Source of the DNA: an uncultured delta proteobacterium
GTDB taxonomy: Bacteria; Desulfobacterota; Syntrophobacteria; BM002
Length of the DNA: 64,000 nucleotides
Direction: 5' to 3'
Assembly: GCA_963712115.1 (NCBI GenBank)
Contig: CAVQGX010000007.1
Coordinates: 14,978 to 78,977 of the forward strand
This document shows, piece by piece, positions 19,824 through 28,567 of this stretch; the stretch's first letter is position 1, and every line of letters starts with the position of its first letter. The notes below the pieces were generated by a model. It was not told where the DNA came from, made no database searches, and saw nothing but the letters and a program-made list of their open reading frames with translations. The position numbers were made by a program, and so were the translations under genes.

Positions 19824-20534
19824 TTATTTACTAGCTGACTTTTCGCATTCAGATGTACGGTATGTTCTCATCCGCGCCAAATCGAAGGCATAATCATAAA
19901 TATGGAGACCTTTAGAAGCCACAATCATTTCCCCGTCTTCAACACCAATCTCACTTGCCATGTATTCTTTCAAAAGCTGAATCCCGCCTAAATTGGCCGG
20001 ATATCCGTTCCAGGCATCCCAGGAACGGAAATAGACAAAGAAATGAAGTCGGTTGTCTTGAATGCGTGTATCAATCTGACGCAAGCATGGAGGGTCTTCC
20101 AGCTTCAAGTCGGTGGGCATTCCTACGGTCATCACCATCTGATTATTGCGAAATCCGTGACTTTTGTAAGTATCGATGACCGTCTGGATCTGGTCAATCC
20201 CCATCCCCCCAGCTAATCGTTCGCCATAGGTGTAATCCTCATCAGGCTCTTTGTGAGGCGTCATAAGATATGGCAAGTAATTGTCAAGATAGTCGTCCGC
20301 CACTGGATTGGGAATGCCTAAATGGGCAGGTATATCCGGCAAAAGTGGCCTACCGCCGGGATGTTTAATATGAACTGTCACATAATCCAGCTCTAATCGC
20401 TTTTGTCCTGCGTAGGAACCTCTATCAATAAGAAACTCCCGGCCGTGATCGAGCAAATTCCAGATAATCTGAAACCAGGAATCTGGAAGTGTGGTGGCCT
20501 CGATGTAAACAGGATTCAATGATACTTTCGCCAT
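19824..20534 (-). CDS. thyA: thymidylate synthase, short archaeal-like type
   Basis: YTYGERL, PPCLR catalytic Cys, FRSWD...G.PAN, KGLHIY; 236 aa. Confidence 0.88.
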   Translation of the reverse strand: MAKVSLNPVYIEATTLPDSWFQIIWNLLDHGREFLIDRGSYAGQKRLELDYVTVHIKHPGGRPLLPDIPAHLGIPNPVADDYLDNYLPYLMTPHKEPDEDYTYGERLAGGMGIDQIQTVIDTYKSHGFRNNQMVMTVGMPTDLKLEDPPCLRQIDTRIQDNRLHFFVYFRSWDAWNGYPANLGGIQLLKEYMASEIGVEDGEMIVASKGLHIYDYAFDLARMRTYRTSECEKSASK

Positions 20535-20573
20535 CCCTTTCTCCCTCTCAGCTGGGTTCAGCCCGGACTTGGG

Positions 20574-20773
20574 GTTAACCCTAATGTTGCATACCTACAC
20601 CGGTAAAAACCGCTGCGCTCGCTCGATTGCACACCATCTGCGGCTGTGCTCGCCTCGGACAGGACTTCACGTACGGTCAAGTACGCCTCGACCTGTCCGA
20701 GCCTGCACGCAGCCACATCTGACGCACTCTTGAGCGTTTTTACTCGACATTGCTATGCAACACTAGGGTCAAC
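20574..20773 (+). mobile_element. MITE-like fold-back element, family B
   Basis: TIR GTTAACCCTAATGTTGCATA...TATGCAACACTAGGGTCAAC; nested internal inverted repeats; apical ACGTACGGTCAAGTACGCCTCG. Confidence 0.78.
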
Positions 20774-20861
20774 TCTGCTGTAGCGCAGCACCATAGCACG
20801 AGGCTACCTCACAGAGTTCAACCACCCGAGTTCCCATTATTGGGGCTCCTTATAAAGGAGC

Positions 20862-21614
20862 TTAAGACACGGTCTCTAGTCTTGAGCCTTCCTCTTGGGG
20901 TATTTCTTCTCCCCGAACGGAGACCTTGACGGTTTCTACTGGAATCTTTTTGCCGCTGGCTTCTATTGCCTTGTGCACCACATGCAATAGGCCGGCACAG
21001 CAGGGCACCTCCATATAGCCTATGGTGATTGATTTTATATCATTGTTGGCAAATATTTGTCCCAACTTTTCCACATAAAATTTGCTATCGTCCAGCTTGG
21101 GGCACCCAATCGCCAGTATCTTGCCGTGAAGCAAGCGCTGATGAAAGGCTCCCATGGCAAATGGAACGCAGTCAGCCGCAATCAGCAGCTCTGCCCCATT
21201 GAAAAATGGAGCATTCACCGGCAGCAGGTGGATTTGAACAGGCCAGTTTCTCAGTTCCGAGGTCTGACCGCCTACCTTCTGCGCTGCTGCCGCAGGAGCT
21301 TGCGGCTGGAAATGTATCAGTTTTGACCCGGGACAGCCGATTTCGAGCTCTTTAGGTGGTTGCTCGTCCCGTAGGCTTTTGACGTGTTCTTCTGTTGCTT
21401 CTTCGTCGAATGGGTCTGAGTCCTTTATCACAATTTCTAAGGCTCCTTGGGGGCATTCACCTATGCAGGCACCCAGGCCGTCACAATATATCTCTTTTAT
21501 AATTTTGGCCTTGCCGTCCCGGATTTCAAGCGCCCCTTCAGCGCAGGAAATCACACATAAGCCACAACCATCACATTTTTCTTCATCTATCTCTACGATG
21601 TTTCTCACTGCCAT
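20862..21614 (-). CDS. 4Fe-4S dicluster protein (hcp/NO-stress-associated iron-sulfur oxidoreductase type)
   Basis: CDGCGLCVISC, CDGLGACIGECP, GCPGS, WPVQ, AADC, GCPKLD, MEVPCC motifs. Confidence 0.88.
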   Translation of the reverse strand: MAVRNIVEIDEEKCDGCGLCVISCAEGALEIRDGKAKIIKEIYCDGLGACIGECPQGALEIVIKDSDPFDEEATEEHVKSLRDEQPPKELEIGCPGSKLIHFQPQAPAAAAQKVGGQTSELRNWPVQIHLLPVNAPFFNGAELLIAADCVPFAMGAFHQRLLHGKILAIGCPKLDDSKFYVEKLGQIFANNDIKSITIGYMEVPCCAGLLHVVHKAIEASGKKIPVETVKVSVRGEEIPQEEGSRLETVS

Positions 21615-21678
21615 CTTGCACCTCCGCTCTTGTTTTTACTGTTGTCCGCAATGATAATACCCCTTGGGCAGCGGTGCT

Positions 21679-21692
21679 TTGATTTAAGTCAA
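21679..21692. promoter_or_regulatory. FNR/HcpR-type (Crp family) binding site
   Basis: TTGAT-TTAA-GTCAA about 65 nt upstream of the Fe-S gene, with TATTAT -10 at 21654-21659 (class II geometry). Confidence 0.65.
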
Positions 21693-22020
21693 ATAGCTGA
21701 GCTTTAACAAATTATTTCCTTAGAAGAAAAAAGCTAACATGGAATTATAGGTCTGGCAATGATAAAACTCGGCAGGAGTTTCCCCAAAAATATTTTTGTG
21801 ACATAGGCCGCGGGAAAGCTACTCCACAACGAGCAATTGAAGACCCCTGCAGTCTGCCTCCGGCGGCAGCAGGCCGACCTGGGTCTTCGTAGTTCAATAT
21901 TACTGCTGTTAAAACCCTTTAAAAATTTACCCTGGGTCATTATAATGGGCTATGAGCGGAATGATTCAGACAAATGGATTGCCTATTCCGCGATTTTCGA
22001 GTGATCGAGGAGAGTGACGC

Positions 22021-22476
22021 ATGACAGGAGAGAACATGGTTACCATCAGTGAAGTTTATCTTAAAAGCGACCGCAGTTCTGGCAACATGGTGGTATTGAA
22101 GGAGACAGAAGAAGACCAGAACCATTTCGTCATGTTTGTGGGCGATTCGGAATTCGCGGCCATTGCCAAAGAAAAAGGGTTAGTGGAGCCAAAGAGGCCT
22201 TTAACTCATGACCTCTATTTGCGAATCAGCGATAACCTCCCGGTGGAGTTTCTACGAATAGAAATATATGACATGAAAGAAAACACTTATTACGCCAACG
22301 TGTTGTTTCGTGCCAATGGGCAAGAACATACGGTGGACTGTCGACCCAGCGATGCTGTGGCACTCGCCTTAAACAGGAAGATACCTATCTTGGTAAATAA
22401 GAAGCTGTTCCGCCGCGAACTTACTACGGAAGAGATCAAAGAGTATGAGGAGATTTGTAAGACGGTGAAATTCTAG
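22021..22476 (+). CDS. bifunctional nuclease family protein (DUF151)
   Basis: RPLTHDL, TYYA, VDCRPSDAVALAL motifs. Confidence 0.9.
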   Translation: MTGENMVTISEVYLKSDRSSGNMVVLKETEEDQNHFVMFVGDSEFAAIAKEKGLVEPKRPLTHDLYLRISDNLPVEFLRIEIYDMKENTYYANVLFRANGQEHTVDCRPSDAVALALNRKIPILVNKKLFRRELTTEEIKEYEEICKTVKF

Positions 22477-22556
22477 TTTGGCGGCTGCATGCCGAAACTT
22501 TGGGACTATTGTGGCTACCCCTATCTCGAAGAACTTGCACGGAAACAAACTGCTGA

Positions 22557-22808
22557 CTACTCTGCAGCCTGCTCGCCCGATTTGACGATTTTCTCGGTTG
22601 CCTCTGCCAGGGCCACAAAAGCTCTGATCACATCGAAGTGCTGCATAATTAACTTTATATGGTGTTCCACCAACTCGCCTTTGCTCACTTTTTCCAGTTC
22701 AGCCTTTATTTCCTCAGGATTCAACTCTTGCTGGCTAATTCTCTTAAGCTCAGGAAGTATCTGTTCAAAGGCACGCAAAGTGGTCATCGGGTCTGCCGTT
22801 TGGTCCAT
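22557..22808 (-). CDS. hypothetical protein (83 aa)
   Basis: GAGGAG RBS; natural helical composition. Confidence 0.65.
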   Translation of the reverse strand: MDQTADPMTTLRAFEQILPELKRISQQELNPEEIKAELEKVSKGELVEHHIKLIMQHFDVIRAFVALAEATEKIVKSGEQAAE

Positions 22809-22897
22809 CTCCAGCTCCTCTCTTATTTTATCGCGACTCCCATTGGCTTACTTTTTGAGATTCCCCTTTCCGCTCTAGCTTTCCTGCGCCTGGCGGC

Positions 22898-22916
22898 CAT
22901 GAAACATCCGGGTTAA
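22898..22916. mobile_element. isolated terminal repeat of MITE family A
   Basis: CATGAAACATCCGGGTTAA, identical to the end of the copy at 58801-58984. Confidence 0.65.
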
Positions 22917-22920
22917 CCTC

Positions 22921-23187
22921 TCAATACCTTCGAAAGCCTCGTCGGGGTTTGTCCCGACGCGGTTGAGCTTTATCGACCTTCATCGCCCGTCCCTTGAAAA
23001 CGGAACCGTTAAGCGCTTCTATTGCTTTTTCCGCCTCACTAACATTAGACATCTCTACGAAGCCAAAGCCTCTCCTCTCGATGATCTTGACTTCCTTAAC
23101 CATGCCATAATCGGCAAATAGCTTTTCCAGCTCTTCACTGGTCACCGAGTAATTGAGATTGCCAACATAGAGTTTACCACCTTCCAT
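22921..23187 (-). CDS. RRM-domain RNA-binding protein
   Basis: RNP2 LYVGNL and RNP1 RGFGFVEM. Confidence 0.95.
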   Translation of the reverse strand: MEGGKLYVGNLNYSVTSEELEKLFADYGMVKEVKIIERRGFGFVEMSNVSEAEKAIEALNGSVFKGRAMKVDKAQPRRDKPRRGFRRY

Positions 23188-23241
23188 GACTTTCTCCTTT
23201 TGCGGGCACCAATACCCTGAGCAACTCTATTTCAAAGCAAA

Positions 23242-23274
23242 AGTAAAGAATCTGGGCCCATAGAACCCGGCTTT
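23242..23274 (-). promoter_or_regulatory. 33-nt 5'UTR motif shared with the FKBP gene
   Basis: 28/33 identical to 24071-24103; hairpin followed by ATTCTTTACT on the minus strand. Confidence 0.6.
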
Positions 23275-23298
23275 CCATGGACAAACTCTTCACCCTTC

Positions 23299-23472
23299 TT
23301 ACCAGTATGACCTTCTACGTCGCCGTTTATTCAACCGCCTCAAAGCTTTCTGGTGCTTAAGCCTGTTTCTCTCACCCTTACTTAGATGATAACGATGTCT
23401 TTTGATAGAAGGCCCGACGTTTCTCTGAAAGTCTTTCTTGAGTCGCTTTAACCGTTGCTCAAAACTACTCAA
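23299..23472 (-). CDS. rpsU: divergent ribosomal protein bS21-like protein (57 aa), absent from ORF track
   Basis: TTG start after GAGAGG; MSSFEQRLKRLKKDFQRNVGPSIKRHRYHLSKGERNRLKHQKALRRLNKRRRRRSYW* follows the S21 pattern; adjacent to an RRM gene. Confidence 0.65.
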   Translation of the reverse strand: MSSFEQRLKRLKKDFQRNVGPSIKRHRYHLSKGERNRLKHQKALRRLNKRRRRRSYW

Positions 23473-23605
23473 GTCTAGCCGCCTCTCTTTTTAGTTAAAG
23501 TCAAGAAAGAATTCTTGAATATTAAATGCAATGGAAGTAATCTTCATATTTAGTGAAGCTTGTTTTCTCTTTGTCGAGAGATACTTATTCTACTTGCACG
23601 AATGG

Positions 23606-24034
23606 CTAGAGGATTTCTAGCAGTTCAATCTTTAGGCCTATTTCTTGTCCAGCAAGGGGATGGTTTCCGTCTAGGGTTACATCGTCTTCAGTAAGCTCTC
23701 TTACGATAAAATATCTGATGTCACCTTCTTGGAACCGAATTTCCAATCTCATGCCCGGCTTTGGATCAATATTTGTTGGTAGTTGTGACCTCTCCAGGGT
23801 AATTTGCAGATCTTCGCTATAGTCCCCAAATCCCTCCTCGGGGGGTATTTCGACGGATTTAGTCTCTCCCACACTCATTCCAACAACGGCATTTTCAAAC
23901 CCTGGAATTACCATCTCCTGGCCAATAACAAATTCAAATGGCTCACCTCCAATGGAAGAGTCGAAAACACTGCCATCATCCAACAGTCCTTCATAGTGAA
24001 CTTTCACAGTGTCACCCACCTTTGCCTGCGCCAT
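23606..24034 (-). CDS. FKBP-type peptidyl-prolyl isomerase (SlyD-like, no His tail)
   Basis: GDTVKVHYEG.L.DG.VFDSS, IPGFE, DGNHPLAG motifs. Confidence 0.93.
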   Translation of the reverse strand: MAQAKVGDTVKVHYEGLLDDGSVFDSSIGGEPFEFVIGQEMVIPGFENAVVGMSVGETKSVEIPPEEGFGDYSEDLQITLERSQLPTNIDPKPGMRLEIRFQEGDIRYFIVRELTEDDVTLDGNHPLAGQEIGLKIELLEIL

Positions 24035-24070
24035 TTAACACCTCCTGAATAAAATTCCAAATATCTAAGT

Positions 24071-24103
24071 AGTAAAGAATCCGGGCCTAAAGGACCCAGC
24101 TTT
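24071..24103 (-). promoter_or_regulatory. 33-nt 5'UTR motif shared with the RRM gene
   Basis: AGTAAAGAATCCGGGCCTAAAGGACCCAGCTTT; 28/33 identical to 23242-23274. Confidence 0.6.
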
Positions 24104-24152
24104 GAACTGACCCCAGAAGGGATTTCAATGGTCTTTCCCTCATGCTGGACTC

Positions 24153-24186
24153 TATTGGAGTAATGGAGTGGTGGAGTAATGAATGG
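24153..24186. repeat. octamer array (TGGAGTAA)n
   Basis: tggagtaa-tggagtgg-tggagtaa-tgaatgg. Confidence 0.6.
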
Positions 24187-24423
24187 ACTAATTCACGGTG
24201 AACATAGCAGCAATTTCTTTGATAATCAACCGGCAATCTAATCAGGAGTTCTCACTAATGAGCAGCCAGTCTCCAGCAAGAAAAGGGTGAGCTACGAGGG
24301 ACAGGAGCAACCGCTGTGGGACCTCCGTTGCTTGCGAGAACCACCGTCGGCGTCGGCACGAGTATACTTTAAGCGGCTTAGCCCAAAGGACAGAAAAGGG
24401 GAAACTCCTGGCAATTCAGCCAA

Positions 24424-25695
24424 CTAGGCTGAAGAGGATTCTGGCTCTTGTGCACGAAATACTCGAATCCTGATAAGGGCGTTTTCAAACATTTCCTCCA
24501 CCTGAAAGCGAAATGTTTCCCATTTTACCTCTTCACTTGTTTCTGGTAACCGGCCGAAGAGGGTCAAGACGAGCCCGGCAAGGGTCTGGTATCCGTCTTC
24601 TGGCAAATTCCATTTTAACCATTTGTTTAGGTCACGTATTGAAATGCTGGCGTCAATTAGAAAAGATCCATCCTGCTGTGGCTGGATCTTTCGAAGAAAC
24701 CTATCATGTTCATCTTGGATTTCCCCTACTATCTCTTCAAGGATGTCCTCCAGCGTTACGATCCCCACAACCTCTCCGTACTCATCAACCACAAATGCCA
24801 AGTGACTCCTAGTCTTCTGAAAATCCACGAGTTGTTGTCGCACCGACTTCACCTCCGGCACATAGCTCGCCGTGCGCATGATTTTTCTGAGAGAAAACTC
24901 ACCAACTGAACCGGACCACTTCAGCAGATCCCTTATGTGGACGAAGCCGGCCACCTCACCCTTGTCCTCTTTATATATGGGATACCGAGAAAACTCACTT
25001 CTTTTCATCCCAGCTAGGACCTCGTCGTAGGGCGTGTTCATTTCGAAGGAAACCATGTCCCGGGTGGGTATCATCACGGACTCAACCGAAATACTACCCA
25101 GGGTTAGAACTGCCTGAAGCATTTCTTCTTCTCTTTTCTTCAAGATCCCTTCCTCAGCGCCCACCGTGATCATAGCTGCGATTTCCTCGACACCTGCAAG
25201 AGCTCCAGGTCCAGGTTTCTCCAGACGAGCCAGAACAATGAGCATGTTGCTCATTGCCGAAAGCACCCGGACAACGGGATACAGCACCTTGATGAGTCCA
25301 TAAATGGGCTGGACGATGAGAATGGCCATCTGCTCCGGATAGTAAGCTGCAATAGTTTTAGGTGTGATTTCCGCAAACACCAAGATAATCAGGGTCATAA
25401 TCAGGGTGGCCCAGATCACTCCCCCCTCACCCCACAGACTTATGGCCATCCAGGTTGCAATAGCCGAAGCCGCCACATTGACTAGGTTGTTCCCTAGAAG
25501 GATCGTACCAATAAATTTCTCAGGTTCCCTGAGGGTCTTCTCCACCAGCCGGGCTCGTCTTCTTTTCCGGCTAAGGTGACGGATGCGCCAGCGATCAACG
25601 GCCATTAGAGCGGTCTCTGACCCCGAAAAAAAGGCTGAGGAGACAATAAGAAAAATTAGTCCCAGCAGAACAAAAGGCCAGGCTGCCAAATTCAT
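24424..25695 (-). CDS. HlyC/CorC (CNNM) family transporter
   Basis: SAFFSGSETAL, TIL.GNNLVN, EITPK, CBS pair with VVDEYG...TLEDILEEIVGEI.DE, CorC_HlyC tail. Confidence 0.93.
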   Translation of the reverse strand: MNLAAWPFVLLGLIFLIVSSAFFSGSETALMAVDRWRIRHLSRKRRRARLVEKTLREPEKFIGTILLGNNLVNVAASAIATWMAISLWGEGGVIWATLIMTLIILVFAEITPKTIAAYYPEQMAILIVQPIYGLIKVLYPVVRVLSAMSNMLIVLARLEKPGPGALAGVEEIAAMITVGAEEGILKKREEEMLQAVLTLGSISVESVMIPTRDMVSFEMNTPYDEVLAGMKRSEFSRYPIYKEDKGEVAGFVHIRDLLKWSGSVGEFSLRKIMRTASYVPEVKSVRQQLVDFQKTRSHLAFVVDEYGEVVGIVTLEDILEEIVGEIQDEHDRFLRKIQPQQDGSFLIDASISIRDLNKWLKWNLPEDGYQTLAGLVLTLFGRLPETSEEVKWETFRFQVEEMFENALIRIRVFRAQEPESSSA

Positions 25696-25922
25696 AACTT
25701 CTCCTTCACTTTATGAATTCACCACGCCGAGGGTATAATGGTCCTGGACTCCGAAATACAGGAGTTCGCTTGCCTCTGAAGGTACAGTTTGTTATATAGA
25801 AATCGAGGGTTGGAGTGCTGTCCACGGTTTTCCTTCACCTCAGAAGCCTCTGCTGTGTAAAGAAAGAAATTGGCCTTCTTCCGACCAGCAGGGGCTTTCT
25901 TATACGAGGAGGTAGATTAAGA

Positions 25923-26078
25923 ATGACCAGAGATGAGGAAAAAATACTGAAGGTTGCCAAGGAAGTCGTAGTAAAATTCATTGAAATCGGTCGGGTTTCC
26001 CCCACGCAGTTTGACGGTGTCTTTCAAAGTGTCTTCCGCGCCATCAAATCGAGCGTCAGCTTCAATGAGTCAGAGTAG
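25923..26078 (+). CDS. small protein (51 aa) resembling the MucR/Ros N-terminal domain
   Basis: GAGGAGG RBS; MTRDEEKILKVAKEVVVKFIEIGRVSPTQFDGVFQSVFRAIK... Confidence 0.75.
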   Translation: MTRDEEKILKVAKEVVVKFIEIGRVSPTQFDGVFQSVFRAIKSSVSFNESE

Positions 26079-26246
26079 TTCTGGTTTTTGCTCGCCCCTG
26101 GAAACGACTGCCGCCGGTGCGGCAACTAATTATGCTTTTAGTATAAGGGGCGACTGCTTTTCTTGCAACTAGCATTGCGCCAAGCCCATTCTCCCACCAC
26201 CCCGTGCCTGCTCTTCAGTGGGATCTCTTTATACAGGGAGTGGAGA

Positions 26247-26290
26247 TAAAAGAAGCGGCCGCGACTTCAGATGTAGCCGGGGCCGCTCTC
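26247..26290 (-). terminator. intrinsic terminator after acpP
   Basis: Minus strand AGCGGCC...GGCCGCTTCTTTT. Confidence 0.6.
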
Positions 26291-26325
26291 TTTGGTCTTA
26301 TCAGCAAGAAATATCGTATCCTCTT

Positions 26326-26574
26326 TTATGCAGCCTGGAGAGCATTCTCCATGTGGCTAAAGATATCCTTAACACTTTTGATTTTTTCTGCTTCCTCATC
26401 TGGAATTTCAAGGTTGAACTCTTCTTCCAGTGCCATGATCAACTCAACCACGTCGAGAGAGTCAGCACCTAAGTCATCCACCACGCTGGCCTCCGGGGTC
26501 ACATCTCCTCGATCAATTCCCAGTTGATTGGCAATAATCTCTACGATTTTCTCTTTCATTGCACCCATATCCAT
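26326..26574 (-). CDS. acpP: acyl carrier protein
   Basis: [31 protein letters not shown]. Confidence 0.97.
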   Translation of the reverse strand: MDMGAMKEKIVEIIANQLGIDRGDVTPEASVVDDLGADSLDVVELIMALEEEFNLEIPDEEAEKIKSVKDIFSHMENALQAA

Positions 26575-26620
26575 TGCTTATCCTCCAAGAATTAAGTCAA
26601 AACCACTTTGTTGTTTACCC

Positions 26621-26803
26621 AACCAGGATGTTTAATGTATCGCTTGCTGCGACCCTGGATTTGGCCGTCCTCCCGGGCGTCCTCGGGTGTCGGCTACTGC
26701 GACGTACCGTTCAGGTACGCCTCGCAACCAACACCCTGCGGTTGCCCGGTGACACGCCCATCTTCATGGTCTCGCGACAGCAATTCATGAAAACATCCTG
26801 GTT
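26621..26803 (+). mobile_element. MITE-like element, family A, copy 2
   Basis: AACCAGGATGTTT...AAACATCCTGGTT ends; homologous to 19396; ends about 45 nt upstream of acpP. Confidence 0.85.
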
Positions 26804-26965
26804 AAAACTCAGTTGCAAAAGCTAATATAAACCTCAACCGATCCTGTTCGCCCTCGAATAGTTTCAGCTCAATGATTCAGAACAGTCTACATTCAGTCTG
26901 AGCATCCCCCCTTTCCTCTCTGTGTGTTCACCAACCTCAGCCCGAGACCCTTTCTACCAACCTAG

Positions 26966-27937
26966 CTAGCCGAAGGTATTCTCCCTCGAGAGCTCGGATG
27001 GCTCAAGATTTACGAACCCGTAAAAGATAGTCTCGGTCACAGTGGCTATTTCATCCACCAGCGAGTATTCGGTTTCGCTTGCCAACCACTTCTGCATTAC
27101 ACCATCGATAAAACCCATTACTCCGTAGAAAACTGTATGAAAATCCATTTGCTTTAGATGGCCTTTTCGGGCCGCAAGGAAGATCTTTCGTTTCAGCAGT
27201 GGCACTTTTTTAAGAATGTTGCCGATATAGAGGGCTTTGACTTCGGCACCAAAATCGCTCTGCTCCTGGATAAGGACCCTATAAAGATCTCGGTTACGGT
27301 CAAAGAAGGAGAAATAGGTCCTAAGATAAGTCTCAATAATATTAAGTACATCAGCATGAGGATCAATGGCACCCTGCACCGTCTCCTCCAGCTCGGCCAC
27401 CTTCAATCGAATAAGCTCAGAAAACAACCCTTTCTTACTGTGAAAATGGCGATATACCGTTCCTTTGCCCAGTGCAGCACGCTCTGCAATCTCGTCTACA
27501 GCAGTGCCGTGGAATCCCTTGGCAGAGAAAACCTCCAGGGCTGCTGCCAAAATTTTCTCCCGGGTCCCTGAGGTCTGTGGCCTGGCCTGATCCCTTTGTC
27601 CAAGTCTCTTAGAGAACTGCCGGGTAAGTAATAGTTCGCTAAAATCCGCCTGATCTACTCCCCAATTCTTAGCTACCCTAATAATCTCTCTTATCCAAAG
27701 GCTGATGGAATCTTCAGCTTCCATGTTGGTGGAAGTTATTTCAGAAACCCCCTCCTCAAAAATCGAAACCAGGGTCTCTATATATTTTCCGTTACCCCTA
27801 GTTGCCTCACCCAAGGTGTTTTGCCAAAACAGCTGCCAGGCAGATGGATCCGCTGCCGCGCCCTGGGAGAGCAAATCCAGAAGCTCAGCCCGCTCGTCTT
27901 TATCAAGTTGAGAATTTTTTCTTACATAACCTGACAT
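26966..27937 (-). CDS. TetR/AcrR family regulator with ~110-aa N-terminal extension
   Basis: TREKILAAALEVFS.KGFHGT.VDEIAERA.LGKGTVYRHF.SK HTH begins near residue 125. Confidence 0.92.
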   Translation of the reverse strand: MSGYVRKNSQLDKDERAELLDLLSQGAAADPSAWQLFWQNTLGEATRGNGKYIETLVSIFEEGVSEITSTNMEAEDSISLWIREIIRVAKNWGVDQADFSELLLTRQFSKRLGQRDQARPQTSGTREKILAAALEVFSAKGFHGTAVDEIAERAALGKGTVYRHFHSKKGLFSELIRLKVAELEETVQGAIDPHADVLNIIETYLRTYFSFFDRNRDLYRVLIQEQSDFGAEVKALYIGNILKKVPLLKRKIFLAARKGHLKQMDFHTVFYGVMGFIDGVMQKWLASETEYSLVDEIATVTETIFYGFVNLEPSELSRENTFG

Positions 27938-27959
27938 GATCGCAGTCCTTAAAATACTG

Positions 27960-28004
27960 TGACGGACCAGTCCGTCATTATCTCCAATTAATTGTAGGTG
28001 TCAA
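27960..28004 (-). promoter_or_regulatory. TetR-type operator palindrome plus sigma70 promoter
   Basis: TGACGGAC-CA-GTCCGTCA (27960-27977) directly downstream of TTGACA-N16-GATAAT. Confidence 0.75.
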
Positions 28005-28041
28005 GTCCTTTTTACAGGAGATACCGGAAACAGCCCTTTGA

Positions 28042-28521
28042 CTAAGGATAAATTGAAATGGTTTTCTTGACTTTATAGATGGGGGGGGAGTCGCCGTTCA
28101 AACGCTGGTAAGCCTTATTGATTACCTCTCTAGTTTCCTTGGTAAGTTTGTATCCGTCCAAGGCTGAGAAAGGTACCCGAGCACAAGAAATAGCATCGCT
28201 ACTGGCCCGTAGTTTACCTCCTGTTTGACGGCAGAGGAAGTCCAGGAGTACGTAATGGAACTGTACTTGACCCTCCTTGTCCAAAAAAATCCTATCCAAT
28301 ATAGCAACCAACTCCAACACCTCAACCTCGAGTCCGATTTCTTCGCTGACCTCTCGAATAACAGCCTTCTCCACAGTCTCTCCAAGTTCCACCGCACCTC
28401 CTGGTAACGACCATTCTCCATATGCCGGCGGTCTACCTCGGCGGACCAGAGCTACCTTGTCATTTTCTATGACAACCGCGGCCACCCCAATTATTGGACG
28501 CTCTGGGTAATCTCGTGGCAT
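28042..28521 (-). CDS. NUDIX hydrolase (ADP-ribose pyrophosphatase-like)
   Basis: GEWSLPGGAVELGETVEKAVIREVSEEIGL Nudix box. Confidence 0.93.
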   Translation of the reverse strand: MPRDYPERPIIGVAAVVIENDKVALVRRGRPPAYGEWSLPGGAVELGETVEKAVIREVSEEIGLEVEVLELVAILDRIFLDKEGQVQFHYVLLDFLCRQTGGKLRASSDAISCARVPFSALDGYKLTKETREVINKAYQRLNGDSPPIYKVKKTISIYP

Positions 28522-28532
28522 AGTGAACCCCG

Positions 28533-28561
28533 CTGCTTACTGCTTTCTTTTCACTGCTTAC
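28533..28561. repeat. heptamer array (GCTTACT)n
   Basis: gcttact-gctttct-tttcact-gcttac; inverse of the array at 29211-29246. Confidence 0.6.
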
Positions 28562-28567
28562 AAATCA

